Of a stretch of DNA of 64,000 nt, positions 34,260 through 47,130 are shown one piece after another. Below the pieces are notes generated by a model. It was not told the origin of the DNA. It worked only from the letters and a program-made list of their open reading frames with translations, and did no database searches. The position numbers and the translations under genes are program-made. Origin of the DNA: Neoechinorhynchus agilis. Lineage: Eukaryota; Animalia; Acanthocephala. Numbering within the stretch: position 1 is the first letter of the stretch; every line of letters begins with the position of its first letter. Location of the stretch: assembly GCA_051530055.1 (NCBI GenBank), contig CM121341.1, positions 8,534,784 to 8,598,783 on the forward strand. The letters are read 5' to 3'.

Positions 34260-36600
34260 ATAAACCCGTCAAATAGAATTAGACTCCACGAGGGATCTAA
34301 AATACATGACAGCAGTCCAGTTATGCGGGCAATTCGCGTCTCTTAAAATCAGGTCATCGTATGTACGACAGTTCCCTTTGCCTTTACGATACAATGTCGT
34401 TGGCTTCCCGAAAAGGAACTGTTGCACGACCTGTGGGCTAGATGCCTCAGACCGAATTATATTGCCCGTGAACTGCAGTCGTCTGCGGCGCAAATATTCA
34501 CTAGGCGGTTGGACTCCGGCTCTCTTATACAGTGCTTTGTTGGTCACTTTATCTGACCATCTAACCTTGAACGCCGCACGTAAGAGAGATGAATGATTTT
34601 GACCCAACTGCCTCGTCGCCGTTGGTGACAGTGTCCAGGTCTCTGTATTGTAGTAGAGAATGCTCTCAATTAGAGTCCTGAACAGCTGCGAACGGAGTTC
34701 ATCCGGCAAAGACTAACTGTCAAACAGTGGTTTAAGTTGCCCCATTGCTCTTCAAGTTATTGCTCTCCGTCGGCTGACATCCGCACTCACCTTAGGAACG
34801 ACAGCTCCCAGATTGCTCAACGCCATTCGGCCCTTCGCCAGAGACTGTATGCGCGACATGTGGAATCGTCAAGAATTCCGTCTTTTTCGAGTTGATAGTC
34901 AGACCAATCATACTCGCCCTCTCCCGCCCTGCAGAACACCTGAAGTTGTGAAAAAGTATTCTGTCAAACCGTCAGCTGTCTTTACGGCGGACCTTGTGTT
35001 TTTATATAACGCCATAACGGATGTGACAATGATCGGGGGCACTCCATACTCCTTTAGGATACCCCCAATCATCGTTCGATTTACCGAATCGAAAGCACGA
35101 CGGAAATAAACAAATACCAGCGTCACATCCGTTTGATGAATTCGTGCCTCCTCGAGGATCCTCCTCAAAGCCAATATGTGCTCTGTGGTGCCTCGACCTT
35201 TCCTGAAGCCGTTCGATTCAATTCTTAGAAACGGTTGGAGGATTGGCAGAATTCGGCGTCTCAAAATGCTGCTGAAAAGTTTTGCCGTGTTGGACATCAA
35301 GGATATATCTCTGTAGTCCTCCACCTTTGTCGAGCGGCATTTCTTGGGGATCATTGTTAAATGCGCCGTTTGCCAGATTTGGGGTACTGAGCAACCATTT
35401 ATTATGCCATTCATTATCGGTATGATTTTCTGGCAATAGATTCAAACCTCATTACCTCTGCCATTATCCCATCTGGGCCTGATGCACGTCCCGCACGCAT
35501 CATTTTCGCCGCAGCGATCGCTTCCTTCGTGGGAATCGGTCCAGTGAAGTATGCCTCAGTGCTTGGGACGATTGTGCCTTTTGGAAGTGCAGGACTCACT
35601 TCCAAAGACGATAATGGCGAATTGAGAATTTCCGCAAAATAATTTGCGATTATCTTTTTCTGATATCCGGGGAGGGACCTTCAATCAAAGTTGGCTGTCT
35701 TTGGGATCTTCCTGTGAGAGTGTTTATCGCTCTCCATGCTAAGGAGGTACGAACAAAGCCTTCCTTATATGCGATCCCGCGAACTGCATCTTCCATCGAA
35801 GCTTTCTGCTTTTCATTATAGGCGTTGGCAAGTTCAAGACTTGCAATGCGAGCCTCAGATCATTTTCCTCTTTTTCTTAGAGTTTTGATCTGCTCAGCCA
35901 TTGCCATAAATTAACAGTCCTCCTGCCATATAACCTTTGCAGCTTTTATACGCCTCATTTTTGGGAGGGTTTTCTCGGCCGCTTCGGTCACTGCGTCGCA
36001 GATTGACTTGTAATAAAGATCAATATCCGTTTCAGCAGCTGGCATCGAGCTCGGTTGATTCTCTAGTTCGATATCGAACTCTTTCCTCTTCTCCTCATTA
36101 GCGAGGGCGCCATAGAACGGACGTGGTGAATGCTGAGGTATATGGAACAACGAGTCACTCATGCTCAACTGACACATCACCAACTTGCATAGAGAATTCT
36201 CGACCGAAGCTTTATGCTGACACGAAGGATTCGGTCAGTTATAATACTGCATAGTGCTGAGTTTCGGAGGCGGGGTGATAAACAAACGCCTACACCTCCA
36301 TTTCCTCGATTGTCCGCAGATAGGAAGGATAATGACCAGCCTCCTCCTAAATCCTCCTGATTTACGTCTGTGTCTTACTGGCCTCTTTTGCGCAATTCTT
36401 GTAAAACACAAGATCCATTCTGGCGTCCCTTCCCAATTTGGTCAGGGTTCCCCTACGCCATTGCGCTCGCAGACTGCTACAATTCAAGGATCCGATTCGT
36501 AGTATGCTTCTATTAGGAATAGCTAAGCCAAAGGGCTCACGGCTGTAAGCGCCACCTGAACAGTCCGTACCCACCACGGTGATAAGCTTCGACTGACGCT
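34260..36600 (-). mobile_element. RTE-clade non-LTR retrotransposon, frameshifted with internal deletions
   Basis: APE N-terminus (LRIGSLNCSSL), RT (IPKK..YRDISLMSNTAKLFSSIL; FRKGRGTTEHI; GVLQG) and C-terminal LFRTLIESILYYNTETWTL. Confidence 0.85.
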
Positions 36601-38109
36601 TTCATTGCCTCCGGCGACAGTTTCGCTCATTTCAACGCTCAAGTCGTCGGCGAGAGCTACGATGCCCTCGCTCTTCCCCGTTGCACTGGTGGATTTTGTT
36701 GCTCCCGTTCGCTGCTGCATCATCAATTGGAGCGGCACACCGACCCCGCGTTGACAGGCTACTATCAGTAGCTGTCTGGCCGCCGGAGCTCCTTCTTTTA
36801 CGTGACCGACAAGAATCAGTAACATCAAGTCGGATCATCGTAAAAGAAAGTTAGGGACTTCAAACGGCGTTGATCACGTGACAAAAAATATTCAATGATG
36901 TGTGACGACGTAGATCGTTTCGTTGATGACAAACTAATGGTACGTTTTTAAACGTTGACGAGAGAGAGGACATTCACAAGAGAGAGGAAGTAGTCGAGCG
37001 AGAGGACGTTGACGAGCTCCTCCATTTCCTCGATTGTCCGCAGATCCGGATGTAAATGGCCTCAAGAATCATTCTTCTCAGATCGGGTTCGCTGGATAAG
37101 AATGCCGCTTTTTCCAAATTCACCTTGTGCTACGGTAACGAGTTTGTACATTCGTTGACAATAGTCTGACCGTTGTTGCGGAGTGGCGTAACTAAAGCGC
37201 TACATCGAGGGTGCATACCAAACGTGCGCAATGTCTACGGAAGAATGCATTGAAAATATTTTGCATTTCCTCAATTTTTTACAATTGGGAATTACATCAT
37301 CGTCACACGTAATGGCGTTGGGGTTACTTGGTTTTTTCGATTTACGTCATTTGTGGGTTATGGGTTTTTTCCATCGATGCTGCAATCGCGGCAATGACAC
37401 GTTCGACTCTTATTCCCAGAATTAAAATATAATTTTCTCCGATTACAAAAATATATGGATGTTTTCTACTCTTAATTCGTATTTATGCATTTAATACTCT
37501 GTTTTTGTTGACGAACACAAGGTTTTTCAACACAAACAGTTCGAAATGTAATGATCAAAAGGACGAAGGCAGTACGCTTCAACCCACGGATTGTCGTTGT
37601 TGATTCAACAACTTTTTAGGCAGTCTCGGATTCTTCCGTGGTCAAGTGATTTTTCTTTATCAAGCGTCATTGTTAGTTTTTCTAAACATCTTGATATGCA
37701 GATGATTGAGTTCGTGTTTGTAGAAGATGACGAGGTTGAGTTCATGAAACATTGGAAGCTTTGTTGCTTTTGCGAAACGCAAAAACTTTTGTCGGTAGTG
37801 TGGAGCGTCTCTAGGATGTTCCACTGAGTTTGGTATTCGATACGTGACGTCATGATTGCAGAACTGCGTTGTGATTCTTACGTAATTTTCTGAGCATGAT
37901 GTCTATTTTGATTTTCCGTGTTGATTGAAAACAATTTATTTGTTCTTAATCGGAAAATGAAGATTTATGGTAAACATGGGAGCTTCTCTCTAGTGTGATC
38001 CTAATTTTGGATAATACTGTTGATGTTTAGAAGTCCTCACAAGGTCAAGGGTTCACTAGAGCCGTTGTTTCAACCTCCTTGGCTTCATCCTTAATTTCCT
38101 TTAAGTTTT

Positions 38110-39500
38110 CTCGCCCGAAAAGGTCCGCAGAACGTCTCTAATAAAACGTTGTTTACCGGGTTGAAGACTTGTAAACAACAAATTTATTTTCGATACGTTC
38201 TCTGCTGGGATGATGACTTCCAAATAACACCTCCCAAGTAAGAATTTTCTTTTGCAATCTATAAAAGTTAAAAGCGGAATAACATCTTTATCCTCCATTA
38301 GAAGTGTTGTCTAGAGGTCTAACCAGGTAAAGAGTTTATTAGAGACGTTCTCTGCTGGGATGAAGACTTCTAAATAACACTTCCAAAGTTAGAATTGTTT
38401 TCTTTTCCAATCTATAAAAGTTAAAAGCGGAGGAACATCTTTATCCTCCATTTGAATTGTTGTCTAGAGGTCTAACCAGGTAAAGAGTTTATTAGAGACG
38501 TTCTTTACCGGGTTGAAGACTTCTAAATAACACTTCCAAAGTTAGAATTGTTTTCTTTTCCAATCTATAAAGTTTCAAGCGGAGGAACATCTTTATCCTC
38601 CATTTGAATTGTTGTCTAGAGGTCTAACCAGGTAAAGAGTTTATTAGAGACGTTCTTTACCGGGTTGAAGACTTCTAAATAACACTTCCAAAGTTAGAAT
38701 TGTTTTCTTTTCCAATCTATAAAAGTTACAAGCGGAGGAACATCTTTATCCTCCATTTGAATTGTTGTCTAGAGGTCTAACCAGGTAAAGAGTTTATTAG
38801 GGGCGTTCTTTACCGGGTTGAAGACTTCTAAATAACACTTCCAAAGTTAGAATTGTTTTCTTTTCCAATTGATGAGTTCCAAGCGGAGGAACATCTTTAT
38901 CCTCCATTAGAAGTGTTGTTTAGAAGTCTTTTACCCGGTAAAGAGTTTATTAGAGACGTTCTCTGCTGGGATGAAGACTTCTAAATAACACTTCCCAAGT
39001 TAGAATTGTTTTCTTTTCCAATCTATAAAATTTGCAAACGGAGGAACATCTTTATCTTCCATTAGAAATGTTGTTTAAAAGTCTTTAACCCGGTAAAGAG
39101 TTTATTAGAGACATTCTTTACCGGGTTGGAGACTTCTAAATAACACTTCCAAAGTTAGAATTGTTTTCTTTTCCAATTGATGAGTTCCAAGCGAAGGAAC
39201 GTTTTTATCCTCCATTAGAAGTGTTGTTTAGAAGTCATTTACCCGGTAAAGAGTTTATTAGAGACGTTCTCTGCTGGGATGAAGACTTCTAAATGACACT
39301 TTCAAAGTTAGAATTGTTTTCCTTTCCAATCTATAAAAGTTAAAAGCGGAGGAACATCTTTATCCTCCATTAGAAGTGTTGTTTAGAAGTCTTTAACCAT
39401 GTAAAGAGTTTATTAGAGACGTTCTTTACCGTGTTGAAGACTTATAAATGACACTTTCAAAGTTAGAATTGTTTTCTTTTGCAATCTATAAAAGTTCAAA
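38110..39500 (-). repeat. Second array of the ~155-bp hairpin satellite (~9 units), inverted relative to 9830-12995
   Basis: Same unit in reverse complement; flanks 38075-38150 and 39500-39640 match the left flank of array 1. Confidence 0.95.
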
Positions 39501-39707
39501 GCTTAGGGAAGTTTTGCGTACCTCGTCGGGTTCATCCTAGGTTTGTTTGCAAGTTTTCAAACTTCAAACAAACTGACGATGAAGCTCAGGAGGTTTGCAG
39601 AACGTCTTTTGAAGACTTGTAAACAACAAATCTCATATCATATAGCCCGGTTTCTGGTATGAAAAATCGAGCACTTTATTCCTGACGAGTTTCGTAGATT
39701 ATAGAAA

Positions 39708-41582
39708 ATGTCAGATTATGGTGGAGACATGGATGGATCTTCGCACAACAACAACCGACGTAGAGATCGGTACAGTTCTCGTGGAGGTGGTCACGGCGAT
39801 TGGCATCGTCGTGGGGAGCGCCGTCGCAGCAGCCGTAGTCCACCAACAGGATTCCGTGGTCGTGGCGGCGGTGGCGGTCAATCTCGTTTCCATCGTGCTC
39901 CTCGAGACTGGGATTCGATTGAAAACGCTGAGTACAACCGTTTCGCTGGTGGATTCATTGATCCAGCATCTTCGTCGTTGTCAAGTGCGCCATGCACTCA
40001 GCCTCCGGAGAAGTCCTTTAAGGAATACGTGATGGGTGAACCAGAAGACGTTAGTGGAGAAGAAGCCGTTAAGGGATATGCCGATTATCAGCGAACGTTC
40101 CGTCGGGAACAGATTGAGACTTTTTTTGATAGACACAAGGACGAGCAGTGGTTTCGCGATCGATATGATTCCCAAAAAGTTGAAGCGGCAAATAAAGAGA
40201 TGATGCGAGTGTTTGAGTTGCGAGCTAGAGCATTGGAGGAAGTGTGTAAGGATGCGAACATTCCTGCAGTTGAGAGTGAAAGTCAGGATGACTTGATGGA
40301 GTTTTTGGATCGCGTAGTGGGTAGGATGGAAGAGTTGGAGCATAGAGAGTCCACTAATCGTGGGATCCTCGGCAGTGGAGGTGGTGGTGGTTTACATGGT
40401 TCTTGTTCAATAAAAAACGGCGATGATCAGAACCAAGAAGAAGAAGAGGAAGAGGAAGGTGAGATTGACAATGCTGGTGGTAGTGGAGATGATCATCACA
40501 TGGTGCCGGATTATCAGAAGTTCCAATCAATTTTCATCCGGAGTGTGCCTATGGGCACAACTAGGGAAGACTTGGAAAAGTACTGTTCAAAACATAAGGG
40601 ATTTCAGCGGGTTGCTTTAAGTGATCCTACTCCCGATCGGAGATTCACCCGTCGTGCGTGGATCACATTTGATGAGTCCACGAACGTTAAGGAACTCGTA
40701 GATGAGTGGAGTTCGGATAGAAGTCAAGGTTTCGAAGGCGTTAGTATGAACTATGACATCTCTAGACGAGTCAAAGCTGTCAATGGTCAACTCGATAGTG
40801 CTGATGCCATTGAGAAACATTTGGGTATTGCTTCACGTCTGATTAAACAGATGGATTCAAAGTGGTCTCTCTATGTGGACAAACCGAATCCTTTTATAAA
40901 ATCTGGACAAGAGAATGGGAAAGTGCGACTCGATTCGTTGATTGTGTACCTCCGCGTTGTTTACTCGATCGATTTCTATAATGGAGTTCAGTATCAGTCA
41001 GAGCATCAAATGCCCGTTCGATGTGGAATAGTTCATCTTCGTGGTGGTGGTGGTGGTGGTGGAGGAGGCAGTGATGATGATCCAAGTGACCTGGACGATA
41101 AGCTCATGGCTCTTTGGGATCAAAAGGAACGTTTAACCGACGAAGAGGTTGCTAGTATCGGTCTTAAGAAGGAGGAAGATGAAGTTGAGCGGTTTATGAG
41201 TGCGAATTGTGAGAAGATCGCAGACGATAAGTGGTTGTGTCCTTTGAGTGGCAAAAAGTTCAAAGCTCCTGATTTTGTTAGGAAACATTTGATAAACAAA
41301 CACTCCGAGAAACTCGAGGACGTTCGACGAGAATGCCGCCTCTTCAATGCGTACCTATACGATGCTAAGCGACCGCAGTTGCCACCTTTTAAGCGGCGAT
41401 TGGTCCCTAAGATTCAGAAAAGACCTCTGTCACCTGGACCGACACCCATTTATACGCCTCCAGGGAAACGGAATCAGAGAATGGATCCTCCTCTTCCCTC
41501 TCAGAAACTGGAAAACCTATGGGACGACCGAGAAGTTATTCAATACGACGCAAACGCTTACGCTGAATCGGATGCCAAGTGA
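39708..41582 (+). CDS. SRRT: Serrate RNA effector / Ars2, intronless
   Basis: FFDRHKDEQWFRDRY (DUF3546), RRM (SIFIRSVP..RVALSDPTPDRRFTRRAWITF) and C2H2 finger KWLCPLSGKKFKAPDFVRKHLINKH. Confidence 0.95.
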   Translation: MSDYGGDMDGSSHNNNRRRDRYSSRGGGHGDWHRRGERRRSSRSPPTGFRGRGGGGGQSRFHRAPRDWDSIENAEYNRFAGGFIDPASSSLSSAPCTQPPEKSFKEYVMGEPEDVSGEEAVKGYADYQRTFRREQIETFFDRHKDEQWFRDRYDSQKVEAANKEMMRVFELRARALEEVCKDANIPAVESESQDDLMEFLDRVVGRMEELEHRESTNRGILGSGGGGGLHGSCSIKNGDDQNQEEEEEEEGEIDNAGGSGDDHHMVPDYQKFQSIFIRSVPMGTTREDLEKYCSKHKGFQRVALSDPTPDRRFTRRAWITFDESTNVKELVDEWSSDRSQGFEGVSMNYDISRRVKAVNGQLDSADAIEKHLGIASRLIKQMDSKWSLYVDKPNPFIKSGQENGKVRLDSLIVYLRVVYSIDFYNGVQYQSEHQMPVRCGIVHLRGGGGGGGGGSDDDPSDLDDKLMALWDQKERLTDEEVASIGLKKEEDEVERFMSANCEKIADDKWLCPLSGKKFKAPDFVRKHLINKHSEKLEDVRRECRLFNAYLYDAKRPQLPPFKRRLVPKIQKRPLSPGPTPIYTPPGKRNQRMDPPLPSQKLENLWDDREVIQYDANAYAESDAK

Positions 41583-41869
41583 AATGAATTCGTCGTGTGC
41601 GCATGGCGGCTTAGTTTTTCAACTCAAAATGGTGCCCGATTGTCCCATTTTCTCTCTTTCCCTCGATCTATAGTGAAAGCGCCTTCAGTTCCAAGCAGCA
41701 ATGGCTGATTTTGGTAGTTAGGGGCGCTACAAAAAGAGAGGACGCACTTTACGTTTTTCATTCGTTAGACCTGCGTCCTACACACATATTTTAATATGCT
41801 CTCTTGATATTGTTGCCTTCATTATGCAATAGCCTTGAAAATGACATAAATTATCGTCTAGCTTTTTCC

Positions 41870-44800
41870 CGTCGTTCTCTCTTTCTCAACCTAAGCCCTT
41901 TTATCTCTATAAAACATATGATCGTACAGCTTAACATCGTTCTTACCCGTCCATTTAGAGAATATACCGAGTTTTTTCGTCCTAAAAAACCTCCGATGCG
42001 TCCTGAGAGTTCACTTTTTAATTGTACGCCTCTTCTTTTTGCTTTATTTACTTTTCTCTCTCCCCACCTGAGCCCTTTATCTCTATAAAACTTCTTTTCA
42101 ATAGGAAGAACCTTTGAATTGTTCCTAAAAAATCGTAAATTCGTCTATTTAGAGAAAATACCGAGTTTTCGTCCTAAAAACCCTCTGATGCGTCCTGAGA
42201 GTTCACTTTTTAATTGTACGTCTCTTCTTTTTGCTTTATTTACTTTTCTCTCTAACCACCTGAGCCCTTTTATCTCTATAAAACTTCTTTTCAATAGGAA
42301 GAACCTTTGAATTGTTCCTAAAAATCGTAAATTCGTCCATTTAGAGAAAATACCGAGTTTTTTCGTCCTAAAAAAACTTAATGCGTCCTGAGAGTTCACT
42401 TTTTAATTGTACGTCTCTTCTTTTTACTTTATTTACTTTTCTCTCTCCCCACCTGAGCCCTTTTATCTCTATAAAACTTCTTTTCAATAGGAAGAACCTT
42501 TGAATTGTTCCTAAAAAATCGTAAATTCGTTCATTTAGAGCAAATACCGAGTTTTTTCGTCCTAAAAAAACCCTCCGATGCGTCCTGAGAGTTCACTTTT
42601 TAATTGTACGTCTCTTCTTTTTCCTTTATTTACTTTTCTCTCTCCCCACCTGAGCCCTTCTATCTCTATAAAACTTCTTTTCAATAGGAAGAACCTTTGA
42701 ATTGTTCCTAAAAATCGTAAATTCGTCCATTTAAGAGAAAATACCGAGTTTTTCGTCCTAAAAACACTCTGATGCGTTCTGAGAGTTCACTTTTTAATTA
42801 TACGTCTCTTCTTTTTGCTTTATTTACTTTTCTCTCTCCCCACTTGAGCCCTTTTATCTCTATAAAACTTCTTTTCAATAGGAAGAACCTTTGAATTGTT
42901 CCTAAAAAATCGTAAATTCGTCCATTTAGAGAAAATACCGAGTTTTTCATCCTAAAAAAACTTAATGCGTCCTGAGAGTTCACTTTTTAATTGTACGTCT
43001 CTTCTTTTTACTTTATTTACTTTTCTCTCTCCCCACCTGAGCCCTTTTATCTCTATAAAACTTCTTTTCAATAGGAAGAACCTTTGAATTGTTCCTAAAA
43101 AATCGTAAATTCGTTCATTTAGAGCAAATACCGAGTTTTTTCGTCCTAAAAACCTCCGATGCGTTCTGAGAGTTCACTTTTTAATTGTACGTCTCTTCTT
43201 TTTGCTTTATTTACTTTTCTCTCTCCCCACTTGAGCCCTTTTATCTCTATAAAACTTCTTTTCAATAGGAAGAACCTTTGAATTGTTCCTAAAAATCGTA
43301 AATTCGTCCATTTAGAGCAAATACCGAGTTTTTTCGTCCTAAAAAAACCTCCGATGCGTTCTGAGAGTTCACTTTTTAATTGTACGTCTCTTCTTTTTGC
43401 TTTATTTACTTTTCTCTCTCCCCACTGAGCCCTTTTATCTCTATAAAACTTCTTTTCAATAGGAAGAACCTTTGAATTGTTCCTAAAAATCGTAAATTCG
43501 TCCATTTTAAGAAAAATACCGAGTTTTTTCGTCCTAAAAACACTCTGATGCGTTCTGAGAGTTCACTTTTTAATTGTACGTCTCTGCTTTTTGCTTTATT
43601 TACTTTTCTCTCTAACCACCTGAGCCCTTTTATCTCTATAAAACTTCTTTTCAATAGGAAGAACCTTTGAATTGTTCCTAAAAAATCGTAAATTCGTCTA
43701 TTTAGAGCAAATACCGAGTTTTTTCGTCCTAAAAACACTCTGATGCGTTCTGAGAGTTCACTTTTTAATTGTACGTCTCTTCTTTTTGCTTTATTTACTT
43801 TTCTCTCTCCCCACTTGAGCCCTTTTATCTCTATAAAACTTCTTTTCAATAGGAAGAACCTTTGAATTGTTCCTAAAAATCGTAAATTCGTCCATTTAGA
43901 GAAAATACCGAGTTTTTTCATCCTAAAAAAACCCTCCGATGCGTCCTGAGAGTTCACTTTTTAATTGTACGTCTCTTCTTTTTGCTTTATTTACTTTTCT
44001 CTCTCCCCACCTGAGCCCTTTTATCTCTATAAAACTTCTTTTCAATAGGAAGAACCTTTGAATTGTTCCGAAAAAATCGTAAATTCGTCCATTTAGAGAA
44101 AATACCGAGTTTTTTCATCCTAAAAAAACCCTCTGATGCGTCCTGAGAGTTCACTTTTTAATTGTACGTCTCTTCTTTTTCCTTTATTTACTTTTCTCTC
44201 TCCCCACCTGAGCTTTTTTATCTCTATAAAACTTCTTTTCAATAGGAAGAACCTTTGAATTGTTCCTAAAAATCGTAAATTCGTCCATTTAGAGCAAATA
44301 CCGAGTTTTTTCATCCTAAAAAAACCCTCTGATGCGTCCTGAGAGTTCACTTTTTAATTGTACGTCTCTTCTTTTTCCTTTATTTACTTTTCTCTCTCCC
44401 CACCTGAGCCCTTCTATCTCTATAAAACTTCTTTTCAATAGGAAGAACCTTTGAATTGTTCCTAAAAAATCGTAAATTCGTCCATTTAGAGAAAATACCT
44501 AGTTTTTTCGTCCTAAAAACCCTCTGATGCGTCCTGAGAGTTCACTTTTTAATAATACGTCTCTTCTTTTTGCTTTATTTACTTTTCTCTCTCCCCACCT
44601 GAGCCCTTTTATCTCTATAAAACTTCTTTTCAATAGGAAGAACCTTTGAATTGTTCCTAAAAATCGTAAATTCGTCCATTTAGAGAAAATACCGAGTTTT
44701 TTCGTCCTAAAAACCCTCTGATGCGTCCTGAGAGTTCACTTTTTAATTGTACGTCTCTTCTTTTTGCTTTATTTACTTTTCTCTCTCCCCACCTGAGCCC

Positions 44801-46950
44801 TTCTATCTCTATAAAACTTCTTTTCAATAGGAAGAACCTTTGAATTGTTCCTAAAAATCGTAAATTCGTCCATTTAGAGAAAATACCGAGTTTTTCATCC
44901 TAAAAACCCTCCGATGCGTCCTGAGAGTTCACTTTTTAATTGTACGTCTCTGCTTTTTGCTTTATTTACTTTTCTCTCTCCCCACCTGAGCCCCTTTATC
45001 TCTATAAAACTTCTTTTTAATAGGAAGAACCTTTGAATTGTTCCTAAAAAATCGTAAATTCGTCCATTTAGAGAAAATACCGAGTTTTTCATCCTAAAAA
45101 CCCTCTGATGCGTCCTGAGAGTTCACTTTTTAATTATACGTCTCTTCTTTTTGCTTTATTTACTTTTCTCTCTAACCACCTGAGCCCTTTTATCTCTATA
45201 AAACTTCTTTTCAATAGGAAGAACCTTTGAATTGTTCCTAAAAAATCGTAAATTCGTCTATTTAGAGAAAAATACCGAGTTTTCATCCTAAAAACTTAAT
45301 GCGTCTGAGAGTTCACTTTTTAATTGTACGTCTCTTCTTTTTACTTTATTTACTTTTCTCTCTCCCCACCTGAGCCTTTTATCTCTATAAAACTTCTTTT
45401 CAATAGGAAGAACCTTTGAATTGTTCCTAAAAATCGTAAATTCGTCCATTTAGAGAAAATACCGAGTTTTTTCGTCCTAAAAACACTCTGATGCGTCCTG
45501 AGAGTTCACTTTTTAATTGTACGTCTCTTCTTTTTGCTTTATTTACTTTTCTCTCTCCCCACCTGAGCCCTTTTATCTCTATAAAACTTCTTTTCAATAG
45601 GAAGAACCTTTGAATTGTTCCTAAAAATCGTAAATTCGTCCATTTAGAGAAAATACCGAGTTTTTTCGTCCTAAAAAACCCTCCGATGCGTCCTTAGAGT
45701 TCACTTTTTAATTGTACGTCTGCTTTTTGCTTTATTTACTTTTCTCTCTCCCCACCTGAGCCCCTTTATCTCTATAAAACTTCTTTTCAATAGGAAGAAC
45801 CTTTGAATTGTTCCTAAAAAATCGTAAATTCGTCTATTTAGAGAAAATACCGAGTTTTTCATCCTAAAAAAACTTAATGCGTCCTGAGAGTTCACTTTTT
45901 AATTGTACGTCTCTTCTTTTTGCTTTATTTACTTTTCTCTCTCCCCACCTGAGCCCTTTTATCTCTATAAAACTTCTTTTCAATAGGAAGAACCTTTGAA
46001 TTGTTCCTAAAAAATCGTAAATTCGTCCATTTAGAGAAAATACCGAGTTTTTTCGTCCTAAAAAACCCTCCGATGCGTCCTTAGAGTTCACTTTTTAATT
46101 GTACGTCTCTTCTTTTTACTTTATTTACTTTTCTCTCTCCCCACTTGAGCCCTTTTATCTCTATAAAACTTCTTTTCAATAGGAAGAACCTTTGAATTGT
46201 TCCTAAAAATCGTAAATTCGTCCATTTAGAGAAAATACCGAGTTTTTCGTCCTAAAAAACCCTCCGATGCGTCCTTAGAGTTCACTTTTTAATTGTACGT
46301 CTCTTCTTTTTACTTTATTTACTTTTCTCTCTCCACCAGAGCCCTTTTATCTCTATTAAACTTCTTTTCAATAGGAAGAACCTTTGAATTGTTCCTAAAA
46401 AATCGTAAATTCGTCCATTTAGAGAAAATACCGAGTTTTTTCGGCCTAGAACCCTCTGATGCGTCCTGAGAGTTCACTTTTTAATAATACGTCTCTTCTT
46501 TTTGGTTTATTTACTTGTCTCTCTAACCACCTGAGCCCTTTTATCTCTATAAAACTTCTTTTCAATAGGAAGAACCTTTGAATTGTTCCTAAAAAATCGT
46601 AAATTCGTCCATTTAGAGAAAATACCGAGTTTTTCGGCCTAGAACACTCTGATGCGTAATGAGAGTTCACTTTTTAATTGTACGTCTCTTCTTTTTGGTT
46701 TATTTACTTGTCTCTCTCCCCACCTGAGCCCTTTTATCTCTATAAAACTTCTTTTCAATAGGAAGAACCTTTGAATTGTTCCTAAGAATCGTAAATTCGT
46801 CCATTTAGAGAAAATACCGAGTTTTTTTTCGTCCTAAAAACACTCTGATGCGTCCTGAGAGTTCACTTTTTAATTGTACGTCTCTTCTTTTTGCTTTATT
46901 TACTTGTCTCCCCACCTGAGCCCTTGAGTTTTTTCACCCTAAAAGCTCGT
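41870..46950 (+). repeat. ~194-bp pyrimidine-rich tandem satellite (~26 units)
   Basis: Periods of 193-197 bp measured on successive ATAGGAAGAACC anchors. Confidence 0.95.
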
Positions 46951-47100
46951 TCTGAGAGCTTAGGAACTCGCGTTTTTTGTGTGTAAAAACAAGAAACCAT
47001 ACAAGCAAATCCGTCCTCTTCTACGTCATCATCGTCTATGTTTCTTCCGTACATTCCTTACCTACCTTCGCGCGCGCGCACGCTCTCTCGTTTTCGTACA

Positions 47101-47106
47101 TTTCAG
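47101..47106 (+). promoter_or_regulatory. TTTCAG splice acceptor upstream of the EF1A ATG (trans-splice or 5'UTR intron acceptor)
   Basis: 24 nt before ATG 47131; the same hexamer precedes the ATGs of small Tim, HIG1, SOD2 and IST1. Confidence 0.55.
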
Positions 47107-47130
47107 AACTCCTCTCGTCGTCGTCGTCAA

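Noticed and set aside
42119-46670. Short ORFs within the 194-bp satellite and other arrays
   Set aside because: They are by-products of the periodic sequence, broken at variable homopolymers, with no recognisable domains.
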